Shown here: positions 10,501-18,728 of the stretch, one piece after another
How positions within the stretch are numbered: position 1 is the stretch's first letter
Layout of the letters: each line of letters begins with the position of its first letter
IMG/VR virus record: IMGVR_UViG_3300010163_000001
Location: 96,001 to 160,000 of that record
Source: a virus
Taxonomy: Duplodnaviria; Caudoviricetes
Reading direction: 5' to 3' (one strand)
DNA: 64,000 bases
Notes under the pieces: generated by a model
What the model saw: the letters and a program-made list of their open reading frames with translations, nothing else
Database searches by the model: none
Told to the model about the DNA's origin: nothing
Translations under genes and position numbers: made by a program

Positions 10501-12471
10501 ACCAGTTATTTCTTCTGGTAACATCCCATTCTTTCTGAGGTATTTCTGTAATGCCTGTTGGTGTACTGGATGTAAGTCATGATAAATATTACTGATTTTA
10601 ACCCATCCTAATGTATCAAAATGAGTTTCTTCATCTTCTGGCTTTACATAACCAGTATAATTTCCGTTCCATCTTCCAACATATAGTTCATTATAGTGTC
10701 CATACCACCATTTATCTTTTGGATAATTTTCCCTCATCCAATGTGGTATTTTCTTTCTCCTATTTACATAAGAACCAAAATACTCTACATCTTTTACATT
10801 TTGATGTACTTCTTCTTGTGCTTCCCGAATAGCGGTAGCCATATGGTCTTCTCCTTCATTCCACCCACCACCAGGAAAGTCATATTCTCTCTTTTTCTCA
10901 AATCCTTTTCGTAAATTAACAAGAATCTCTTCTTCATCATTCACAATGATAATTTCGGATCTCCCTCTCAATAACTTATCGGATTTATCACATTTGACAT
11001 AAGAATCTATTTCTCCTTTATAATTGCGATAGTACCATGTCCCTTCAATTAAAATTGAAGAACCATTTTGAGAAAAGAAATATTTATCTTTTGCAGATGA
11101 TTCATTTGCATAATCAAAATCTATCTGAGCATATCTCTTTTCTTTAATTAATTCCATATTTCGTTCCGTAACACTTGGATCATACTTTGAAAAATCTAAT
11201 CCATGATTCACCAATGTAGCATCATCCATATTACAAAAGTCTTCTGGTAAATATAAACTTGGATCTTTATCTATCTCTTTTCCTGCACTAAGTATCTCTG
11301 CACAAAATTCACTGCAAAAATGTTTCGTATCATGATGCGTTTTCTTCTGTAAGAATACAAAGGGCAATCGATAAAATCCATATCGCATCTCTTTTTCTCT
11401 TGCTTTAAATTTCTCAAGTGCTTCATTCATTTTCAAATACATTTGTTTATTCACAAATGTAACGTATACACTATAATATGCCTTTCCCTTCTTTATAAAA
11501 TCAGAAGTAGGATTCATATCTGTTAATCCCATCTTATGTCCAGGCTCATCTTTTAAACCAAAGGAATACATCGGAATTAAAGACGGATTAAATGATATAC
11601 AGACATGAGAAAATTCTGCTTTTGTAATCATTTTTATAGCTGCCATCATTGGAGTCTTATAACTTAACATAATAAAAAAGATAGGATAAGAATTTTCCTT
11701 TGTCCATACTGCTGCTTCAAATGCAATTGCATCAAATTTTCGCTGCTTTACAAGTTCTAAATTTCTTTTTGTAATTTCTGGATCATATTCAATGAAATTT
11801 AGCCCATGATTTACTAATGTAATATCATCTAAGCCAGCAAGATCTTGTGGTTTGTGTAAACTTGGTAACTTGTCCAATTTCCTTCCAGCATTTATAATTT
11901 CTGCAACAAATCTACTGCAGAAGTATTTCTTGGAATGCTCTGATGATCTTTGTAATTGACAACTGATAAGGTTAAAAATGTCAAATTTCCATTCTTTATA
12001 ATGTTCCATGAATTTATTTAAAGTTTCCTGCATCTTATCATATGTCTCTTTGTCTACATACATGACATATACTCCATAATAGGATTGCCATTTATCATAA
12101 TCGCCGGAATCATATGAATTCAATGTCATTCCCATACGACCTTTCCCATCTATATATTCCAATCCGAATGAATATAACGGCTTTAAAGATGGATCAAAAG
12201 AAATTCCTGCATGGGAATATTCATCTTTTGTAACTGCTTTAATTGCGTGTGCTAATGGTGTTCCAGTATGCATCAATACAATAAATACCGGATATTTATT
12301 CTTTTTTGAATAATGTGCTTCTTCTTGAACGATTTCTATATTATTCATGCCATGACAACAAGAAGCACAAGTTTGTGTTTTTTCATATTGCTGGCATAAA
12401 CCAAAGCATTCACAGTTAGAATGCCTCATATTAATAAGAGCGGCTTCTGTTGCTTTAGTTAGCATAAACAA
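7522..12471 (-). CDS. Multidomain polyprotein: Cys-rich leader, 2x permuted papain-like (YiiX/NlpC-P60-type) domain, Nudix hydrolase, GNAT acetyltransferase, SNF2-family helicase
   Basis: YSHAGISFD...FCSRFVAE and FSHVCISFN...FCSEFCAE (His before Cys); Nudix box GGGWNEGEDHMATAIREAQEE; GNAT motif A PEYRRQGFTGILV; SNF2 motifs EQGLGKT, VDESH, SGTP, QCSDRIHRIGQ. Confidence 0.85.
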   Translation of the reverse strand: MFMLTKATEAALINMRHSNCECFGLCQQYEKTQTCASCCHGMNNIEIVQEEAHYSKKNKYPVFIVLMHTGTPLAHAIKAVTKDEYSHAGISFDPSLKPLYSFGLEYIDGKGRMGMTLNSYDSGDYDKWQSYYGVYVMYVDKETYDKMQETLNKFMEHYKEWKFDIFNLISCQLQRSSEHSKKYFCSRFVAEIINAGRKLDKLPSLHKPQDLAGLDDITLVNHGLNFIEYDPEITKRNLELVKQRKFDAIAFEAAVWTKENSYPIFFIMLSYKTPMMAAIKMITKAEFSHVCISFNPSLIPMYSFGLKDEPGHKMGLTDMNPTSDFIKKGKAYYSVYVTFVNKQMYLKMNEALEKFKAREKEMRYGFYRLPFVFLQKKTHHDTKHFCSEFCAEILSAGKEIDKDPSLYLPEDFCNMDDATLVNHGLDFSKYDPSVTERNMELIKEKRYAQIDFDYANESSAKDKYFFSQNGSSILIEGTWYYRNYKGEIDSYVKCDKSDKLLRGRSEIIIVNDEEEILVNLRKGFEKKREYDFPGGGWNEGEDHMATAIREAQEEVHQNVKDVEYFGSYVNRRKKIPHWMRENYPKDKWWYGHYNELYVGRWNGNYTGYVKPEDEETHFDTLGWVKISNIYHDLHPVHQQALQKYLRKNGMLPEEITGGVNESWFGNNIISFSKNFNHVKSIVKTLTDEELHLICNGTFKKSPYVIYRNVILTDKDPAAFIELYTLPDMEKNTAVICIACKPEYRRQGFTGILVDEAIRWAKENNITYLDWKVRKEGNEPSEKLAEKLGFQSKGDHQYFMDFSEVQVAKEGFLDLFTGKSKQEELDTWHHKIFGEKNLVGGIANYGYTGVKIKDGYIEIWGINYKLLKSRISRHYKDKSLGNIFLPKYNALSYKRFEKKRIQRADIKIDYMYTPEFFALELVRLFTDLGKRFRDKTYKAFAVTIYENSWLAEADRNAQITAPLNTSKLKNLTLTLNDYQIDFIQNYPRLKAQLNLKGYILAFEQGLGKTLTAIGLTECLSADHVYIVCPNSLKANWALEIQKYYEKYQDEDLWKQEVFICSDRPTKFNENTTKFIITNNESIEKMFPYVMSGKNILIVDESHNFRNIESKRVHQLIELRDKLKCKDTLVMSGTPIKATPNEIVPALLMIDPTFTMEAAKIFDKAFKLKTSLGTSLVQARFGKIMYRKEKDVLDGTLPEKHILPLELSTLDKDKYTLSNVFKEVSEKFSYYYDLHLSEMMELRKPFYDMSRKYAPDDMNADQFIDLMDIMVRKHENLHEIDQIYVEKYMKAVLKKIQKKEDKDYYNFLIKNYVRYKAHWLGIAYGEIMPPYRRDMYISLYSENKDVFYKMITENTKKTLIFSQFKGVVEHIYKDLNDNGIGTVMITGDVKNRLEILKEFKENNNIMVLVATSQTLGTGVTLVEANQMFFFGPPWRNADFEQCSDRIHRIGQTDDCYIYIVSLNTNGESNLSTRMDQILSWSKDMTDAVITKTELTEDETINNFKTLLKAQESALIDEFLQEPEPSQIIIRDQIPKSKLSEYISHQVYFQYESSTVLQTIPEDTIIEKISAWYPIDSDGKFENLKMSKIGSSVFANPTKKGEPGNVRFEYSYDNRTGEETWALISTRTIKPKEILKYNPTDDMPSFADDSRL

Positions 12472-12478
12472 ATCCTCC

Positions 12479-12901
12479 TTATTTAATATATTTTACTAAA
12501 TCTTTAGTACTGCCAATCCACTTCATGGTATAATCTGCCGCTTTATCGGAATTTACGAATAGGACTCCTAAAAATTTCCCAAGATAACGGTTATTCACAC
12601 TAATAACAGTATATACGTATATGTTACCAATCTTTTTTACTCCTAACATTTTATGATCAGGACTATTTATCACAGCGTTTTCAACATGTTCTCTCAATTC
12701 AGGAATAATCGGCTTACAATCCGACGCACGAACGTTCAATTTATCTTCCATGTAATCTGGAACATACTTTATTAAATCCTCAATTTCGTATTTTTTACTT
12801 AATTCGTTAAGTCTCTTTTTCTCTTTCATTTTATTAATTAGTCCCTCATTTGCAATAACCATGTTATTGCAATATGAGATAAAATCAGTCATTTGATTCA
12901 T
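12479..12901 (-). CDS. Putative head/internal protein with shared N-terminal propeptide (FISYCNNMVIANEG)
   Basis: N-terminus shared with 13929..15260 and 32245..32772; GAGGTG RBS. Confidence 0.65.
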   Translation of the reverse strand: MNQMTDFISYCNNMVIANEGLINKMKEKKRLNELSKKYEIEDLIKYVPDYMEDKLNVRASDCKPIIPELREHVENAVINSPDHKMLGVKKIGNIYVYTVISVNNRYLGKFLGVLFVNSDKAADYTMKWIGSTKDLVKYIK

Positions 12902-12935
12902 ACGTTAAATCACCTCTATTCTTATAGGAAAGTAT

Positions 12936-13904
12936 TTATTCATAAACGAAAAGGTCTATAAAAATATGCCCTTCGTCTCCATCTCCAGTCCCAACTTCTA
13001 AATTAAATTCATCAGAACCTTCTATCATAGTAAGGGGTTCTTTTCCATAGTCTTTTCTAAGAGCATTACCTAGAGCTTTCATTCTTATACCCTCTGTTGC
13101 AGGGATCATACTATCTTCATATTCAAAATCAACTTGATCAAATTGTTTATTTCTTACAAGTTTCATATTACGTTTTGTAACTTTTGGATTGTATTGATAA
13201 AAATCAAATCCATGATTCACTAACGAAATATCATTTAATTCTGATAAATCACTAGGTCTAGTAATGGAAGGATCTTTTCCAATATCTTTGCCGGAATTTA
13301 AAATTGTAGCAACTAATTCACTACAAAACATATAGTTTGTTTCTTTTCTCTTCTTAATTTGTAAAGCACCTCTTGTAACTATTCCGATCACTGCAAACCC
13401 ATAATCATTCTCATTCTCAAGAAAATATTCCATTTTCTTTTTCATTTTGTCTCTTGTAGCTTTATCCACATACATGACATACACGCTGTAGTATGTCTTG
13501 ATATCTTTATAATATTTTGATTTTGGAGTTGTTTTTCTTATTCCTAAACGATTATCCGGATTTTCTTCTTTTGAATTAGCTCCCATAGTATAACAAACTT
13601 TTAAATCTGGTTCAAATGCAATCATTGCATGAGTAAATTCGCTCTCTGTAAACTTCTTCGTCAAAATACTTAATCCTATTCCAGTATAAGTTAGAATTAT
13701 AAAGATAGGATATTTATTTTTCTTAGACCAGTCTGCTTCTTCTGTAACCACCCCATAATATGGATTAGTTACAATTGACTGTTCCAAACCAGCTTGACAA
13801 GCGGCACAATGACCGACTTGTTCAAACTGTTGACATAAACCAAAGCACGGACATTTAGAATGTCTAGCATTGATTATCTCTTTTTTAGCTTCGTTTGATA
13901 ACAT
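12936..13904 (-). CDS. Cys-rich leader plus permuted papain-like domain protein
   Basis: RHSKCPCFGLCQQ leader shared with the 1649-aa ORF; FTHAMIAFE...FCSELVA; paralogous domain end NHGFDFYQYNPKVTKRNMKLV. Confidence 0.75.
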   Translation of the reverse strand: MLSNEAKKEIINARHSKCPCFGLCQQFEQVGHCAACQAGLEQSIVTNPYYGVVTEEADWSKKNKYPIFIILTYTGIGLSILTKKFTESEFTHAMIAFEPDLKVCYTMGANSKEENPDNRLGIRKTTPKSKYYKDIKTYYSVYVMYVDKATRDKMKKKMEYFLENENDYGFAVIGIVTRGALQIKKRKETNYMFCSELVATILNSGKDIGKDPSITRPSDLSELNDISLVNHGFDFYQYNPKVTKRNMKLVRNKQFDQVDFEYEDSMIPATEGIRMKALGNALRKDYGKEPLTMIEGSDEFNLEVGTGDGDEGHIFIDLFVYE

Positions 13905-13928
13905 AAATAAATAGCCCCCTAAATAATA

Positions 13929-15260
13929 TTAATATTCAAAATCTATATTGTCAAAATTCTGTTGTCTTACCAATTTCATATTTTTCTTTGTCACTTCTGG
14001 GTCATAATCATAGAAATCATATCCATGATTTACAAGTGAAATATCTTCTAACTCAGTAAGATCTCCAGGTCTAGTGATAGATGGATCTTTATGACCTTTA
14101 TCACCAGCTTTTAGTATCTCTGCAACTAACTGACTACAGAAGAATTTAAAGTTAGGGTCTTTTTTCTTAATCTGTAATCCTCCTCCGGTAATCAATCCTG
14201 CTTGTGCGAATTTAATATCTTTCTCGTGTTCTGCAAAATACTTAACTTTATTCAGCATTTTATCTCTTGTGGCTTTATCTACATACATTACGTATACGCT
14301 ATAATAGGTACCTTTTTTAATTATTTCTCTATAATAATAGGATTTTGGTCCGAAATGAACTAAACCGTATTTATCACTACCTTTGTATCTTCCACCACCA
14401 AATTCATCTTTCAGTCTCTCAGACATAGACCAACATTGATTCAATTCTGGGTCAAACGCAATCATCGCATGAGAGAATTCACTTCCTGTAAATGGTTTAA
14501 TTACCATGGATAATGGTCCACCTGTATAAGTGAATATAAGAAAAATTGGATATCTATTTTTATGAGACCACGTTGCTTCTTCTGTTGCAGGAGTTGAATT
14601 TGCTGCTAATGCATATTTATCCATGATTTTATCCATAGTATCAATACTTAAATCAAATTGAATACGAATTAAATAATCAGCGTCATATACTTTCTCTCCA
14701 GAATGTGGTTCCAATAATTTCGCATCTTTATCAGTTCTTGAAAAATTATATACAGCATCACTAATTGCGATTATAAAATCGTCTATAACGTTTTCCGTTT
14801 CATCGTATTCTTCCCGAGATAATTTACATGTCCATTCATCGAGCTGTTTGATACAATAATAGTTTCCAAACCATTTTTCTACCTTTGGTGTTTCAATATT
14901 ATCCTTTATTACTTTATATTTTGGGTCATTTAATAATTTCTTCATAAATTGAAGTGTTTTATTTGCGATTCTTAAATTAATAGAATCTTCTAATTCTTTT
15001 ATCTTATTTAGTCCTTTTTTACTACCTTCTACCCCATATTTATGACGATAATCACTTGGTACATAATCTTTACCATATTTATCCTCTAATTTTCCTTCCC
15101 TTTTTAAGTCCTTAAGGTTTTTACGAAAAGCTTTAAAAGATCTTTTTCCGTTTTCATCTCCCAATCCAGCAGCTATTAGAATATCAAGCATTCCTGTTTT
15201 TTCATTAGCAACTTTCATACTATCACAGTATGATATAAATTCACTAACTTGATTATCCAT
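13929..15260 (-). CDS. Propeptide plus unknown domain plus permuted papain-like domain protein
   Basis: FISYCDSMKVANE leader; TPATEEA junction; FSHAMIAFD...FCSQLVAE. Confidence 0.75.
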   Translation of the reverse strand: MDNQVSEFISYCDSMKVANEKTGMLDILIAAGLGDENGKRSFKAFRKNLKDLKREGKLEDKYGKDYVPSDYRHKYGVEGSKKGLNKIKELEDSINLRIANKTLQFMKKLLNDPKYKVIKDNIETPKVEKWFGNYYCIKQLDEWTCKLSREEYDETENVIDDFIIAISDAVYNFSRTDKDAKLLEPHSGEKVYDADYLIRIQFDLSIDTMDKIMDKYALAANSTPATEEATWSHKNRYPIFLIFTYTGGPLSMVIKPFTGSEFSHAMIAFDPELNQCWSMSERLKDEFGGGRYKGSDKYGLVHFGPKSYYYREIIKKGTYYSVYVMYVDKATRDKMLNKVKYFAEHEKDIKFAQAGLITGGGLQIKKKDPNFKFFCSQLVAEILKAGDKGHKDPSITRPGDLTELEDISLVNHGYDFYDYDPEVTKKNMKLVRQQNFDNIDFEY

Positions 15261-15272
15261 CTATAAATCACC

Positions 15273-17237
15273 TCATTTTCGTTTTAAAAATAGGGTATTG
15301 TAATTATCAATACCTATTTTATATTTACTACTATCAATAATTTCTTTTAAATCTTTTGCAATCTTTTTATATTCAGAGTGGGATATGATAAATAAAGAAT
15401 TAGATTCTCCTGAATTAAATTTCTTTAAACCCCAATCTCCATTTGGTTTAATTCCGGACTTATAATTATGATCTGAGAAATATTTGTTTATTACAGTAAT
15501 TACATCATCTTCTTTGGAAGTAGATGATTCTGATGCATTTGTTAACATCTTTACTTTAAAATATTTTCTGTACATTTGAAGTTTTTCCTCTACTTCCTTC
15601 ATTCTTTTCAAATTCCATGTAAATGAATCAATTCCGTCTTTAATACCTTTATATTCTGGTATATCTCGTTTCGTTGCTCGTAATAAACTCTTTATTCCAC
15701 TCGTTCCTTTTATATAAACCGCATAATCTTGTAATAATTCTGGGGAGATAAATTCATAAAACCAAATTCCCTCCAGTACGAACTTTCTATCTTTATGAGT
15801 CTCTGCAAACCTAAGTACAAAATTAGTAAACGCTAAAGTAATCTTTTTATCAAAATCCTTTAAATCTGGATTACCACAAATTTCTCCTAACGGGACTCTA
15901 AATTTCTTACCTATTTTATCTTTAAATAAAAACTTATGGAATAAATCCCATTTCTTATATGGCCCTCCATACGTTTTATAATATTCTTCCGAATATTCAT
16001 CCTGATATATCAATAGATCTACATCGTAATGTTCTGCGACATCCGACATATCTTTACCCATTGTGGATTTTCCACTTCCTGAATATCCTGTGATAAAACA
16101 GATATTCGTCTCTCCAGAATCGAATTTATCTTTATTATAATAAAAGTCCTCTTCATCAAATACATAGGACTCTGTTGCTTTATCTTTCACCCAATCTTCA
16201 TCTGGATCAGCACTATTTTCTAATTCCCATTTCTTTTGTGCTTCTCTAGCATTTGATACTACCGGATTAGATTTCTTATCCCCATATATCCCGTTTCTAG
16301 TCATACTTGCTCCATCTGTAACAATAAAGAAATTAGCGTTATATTTCTTTCCAATTTTATCTACATCTTGTAGAAACTTTCTTGCTTCATTAACATTCTT
16401 ACATGATTCAGAAGCAACTGCTAATGTTTCTCTTGAATTCTCATCTTTTTCTTCTGGTATTTCTTCTTTGGCTTTCATGAGAAACTCAAAGAATTCCGTA
16501 AAGTTATTATCATTAATCTTTAAGTATCTTACATTTTTATTGCTAGCCATTACTTCATCTTTTAGTTTTTCTTTCACACGATTAATATCATTGAATGCTT
16601 TATTTGTAGAAGTTTGTTGTTTAATTTCAATCTCTAAGTTTAAACTTGGGATATAAAAATCTGGTATGTAAAATTTTCTACCCCAATTCTTCTTATCATC
16701 TTTTGGATTCTCATAATCGTAATAGTAAATATGTGGAGATGGTGATATCAAATCATTAGAATCCCATTCCATCATAGTATTCAACATTTCTAAAAAGTTT
16801 CTTTCATATTGTCCAACATATTCAAATTTCGTTCCATCATCAAAAGTGTATTTACCACTGATCTTTCGATTAGAAACCATTTTCTTTTGAATATTTGGAT
16901 CATCTAACAAATGTTCTTTTCCATACTTTCCTACCATTCTGCTTTTTGCTAATTTTACATAAGCTTTTTTACATTCTGGATTTGTACAATACTGGTCATA
17001 TTTCCAACTATTTTCATTCCATGGAGTAGGACCCTTACAAGTTCTACAAATTCCATGTGTTTTCCCAGTCATCGTGAAATAGAAATATCTCGCTACAGAA
17101 TAACCTTCTGGTCTAAGTCCGGGATGCATTTTATCAATATGATCCCCCCACCCATTTAAAGTTTTAAATTTCTTATTACAGGATGGACATTTATAATATT
17201 TCACTGTCATCATCGAAATATTCACACATCCTTTCAT
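15273..17237 (-). CDS. Zn-finger plus PD-(D/E)xK-like nuclease plus P-loop kinase-like multidomain protein
   Basis: CPSC..H...H C2H2 finger, CRTC...CTNPEC, YIPDFYIPSLNLEIEIK nuclease motif, ITGYSGSGKST Walker A. Confidence 0.65.
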   Translation of the reverse strand: MKGCVNISMMTVKYYKCPSCNKKFKTLNGWGDHIDKMHPGLRPEGYSVARYFYFTMTGKTHGICRTCKGPTPWNENSWKYDQYCTNPECKKAYVKLAKSRMVGKYGKEHLLDDPNIQKKMVSNRKISGKYTFDDGTKFEYVGQYERNFLEMLNTMMEWDSNDLISPSPHIYYYDYENPKDDKKNWGRKFYIPDFYIPSLNLEIEIKQQTSTNKAFNDINRVKEKLKDEVMASNKNVRYLKINDNNFTEFFEFLMKAKEEIPEEKDENSRETLAVASESCKNVNEARKFLQDVDKIGKKYNANFFIVTDGASMTRNGIYGDKKSNPVVSNAREAQKKWELENSADPDEDWVKDKATESYVFDEEDFYYNKDKFDSGETNICFITGYSGSGKSTMGKDMSDVAEHYDVDLLIYQDEYSEEYYKTYGGPYKKWDLFHKFLFKDKIGKKFRVPLGEICGNPDLKDFDKKITLAFTNFVLRFAETHKDRKFVLEGIWFYEFISPELLQDYAVYIKGTSGIKSLLRATKRDIPEYKGIKDGIDSFTWNLKRMKEVEEKLQMYRKYFKVKMLTNASESSTSKEDDVITVINKYFSDHNYKSGIKPNGDWGLKKFNSGESNSLFIISHSEYKKIAKDLKEIIDSSKYKIGIDNYNTLFLKRK

Positions 17238-17292
17238 ATTTAAATATCTTATTAATTAGTTCAACTTCCGTGTTTTACCTATTTAGATAAAG

Positions 17293-17353
17293 ATATTCTT
17301 TTAGTAGCTATAAGAAAAAATAAAACAATAAGGAGGATAAAGTTTATGGCTAA
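17293..17353 (+). repeat. Copy 2 of the ~61-bp promoter-RBS-start direct repeat
   Basis: ATATTCTTTTAGTAGCTATAAGAAAAAATAAAACAATAAGGAGGATAAAGTTTATGGCTAA. Confidence 0.85.
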
Positions 17354-17777
17354 AATACAATATAAAGAAGTTTTTACAGCAAAGGGTGGCGTACCAACTC
17401 TTAAATTGGTTATACCGCCGGATGAAAACGACCCCGAATCATATGAAGGTTACTTAACACCTTTCCGCTGCTACAGATTCCAAGTATCCAAGGATGTGCA
17501 TGGTTCAGGAGACTATGGATCATCAGCAGTCATTGGATTGAAACATATTATGACGATAAGGTCTGGTGAAAAAGGACCAGGGTGGCAATCTAGCTGTAAT
17601 TTGGAAGAAACATGCAAAGAATTATTGCTTGGTCAGGCAATGATTGCAATTGCTAATTGGGCAGCAGGCATGGGAGCGGTTATGGCCGTAGCTCCAACTA
17701 GGCGTGAAAATTTTGTAGAAAAAACGCTGATTGGACAATTTATCGATCAGTGTTACGATTGGATTAAGAGTGTATAA
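17346..17777 (+). CDS. Hypothetical protein in a standalone plus-strand cassette
   Basis: 143 aa, AAGGAGG RBS, own promoter-like leader and terminator. Confidence 0.75.
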   Translation: MAKIQYKEVFTAKGGVPTLKLVIPPDENDPESYEGYLTPFRCYRFQVSKDVHGSGDYGSSAVIGLKHIMTIRSGEKGPGWQSSCNLEETCKELLLGQAMIAIANWAAGMGAVMAVAPTRRENFVEKTLIGQFIDQCYDWIKSV

Positions 17778-17802
17778 AAACATTCAATGAGCCAATCAAG
17801 AT

Positions 17803-17840
17803 AAAAAAAGAAACCCTGTGTGAGCAGGGTTTCTTTTTTT
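17803..17840. terminator. Bidirectional intrinsic terminator
   Basis: A-run-GAAACCCTG-TGTGAG-CAGGGTTTC-T-run between convergent genes. Confidence 0.85.
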
Positions 17841-17845
17841 ATTCA

Positions 17846-18631
17846 TCATTCCGCTAATTGTTCATCGTTATCGTTACTTGAGATTTCTTCCACCTCATCC
17901 TTCTGAACAGGAATTTCTTCTGTTATAACATTTTCTGGAGTCTCTTCTATGCTTTCTCCATCATGCTCATCGACAGCTTCAATCACTGCAACTGATAGTT
18001 CATGAATTACTCGTCTAACAGAGCCTTCATCTGTCTTTTTAATAAAACATCTGGACTGAAGTCTCCCACTAATATACACAGTATCACCTTTCTTTAAACG
18101 ACTGGCATATAGAGAATTCCTATTCCATAAAATGCATGGAAGAAAGTAATTGTACTTGCTAACGTGCCGTTTTACGAACATGTCACAGATTCGTTTGTTT
18201 TGAGCAACCGTCTTTCTCAATGTTGGATCGGTATGCAATTGCGCTGTCAGATGAAAATTATTGTAATGGTGGAATCCATCATCAACAATGTCAATAGTTT
18301 CTGCTGCAACATATACCTCGAGAGATTTATTATTATATCTGGATCTGAGTTCCCCAGAAATTATTACGGTTTTACCTTCTAAGTCTTCCAAATCATTTTT
18401 TGCGATAATATGATCGGATATCATAACTATCAACGTATCAACAGTTTTAGAGTTTCTTTTTGTATCAAGAGATACAATATAGAAATCTTCTCTCTTTTTT
18501 TCACTTCTATAACTAAATACTGGTTCGCTTGATACTTTTCCGACAACAACTCCACCACTCTCATTGTTTTGTACTTCTGCTCTTCTTTCTTTTAATAATT
18601 CTCTTGTTTGTTTTAATACTTCATTGTTCAT
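17846..18631 (-). CDS. ssb: Single-stranded DNA-binding protein (double OB-fold, clostridial type) with acidic tail
   Basis: Two OB-like halves (KRNSKTVDTLIVMIS...ISGELRS; LPCILWNRNS...GDTVYISGRLQSR...ELSV); acidic C-terminus. Confidence 0.8.
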   Translation of the reverse strand: MNNEVLKQTRELLKERRAEVQNNESGGVVVGKVSSEPVFSYRSEKKREDFYIVSLDTKRNSKTVDTLIVMISDHIIAKNDLEDLEGKTVIISGELRSRYNNKSLEVYVAAETIDIVDDGFHHYNNFHLTAQLHTDPTLRKTVAQNKRICDMFVKRHVSKYNYFLPCILWNRNSLYASRLKKGDTVYISGRLQSRCFIKKTDEGSVRRVIHELSVAVIEAVDEHDGESIEETPENVITEEIPVQKDEVEEISSNDNDEQLAE

Positions 18632-18728
18632 TTTTTGTAATTCCTCCTTAAATTCTTAAATTGTGTTTTATTTAGATTAACGTTTGATAATCAATGAAAT
18701 AATATGTTTTTATTTATTGTGGGTAATT

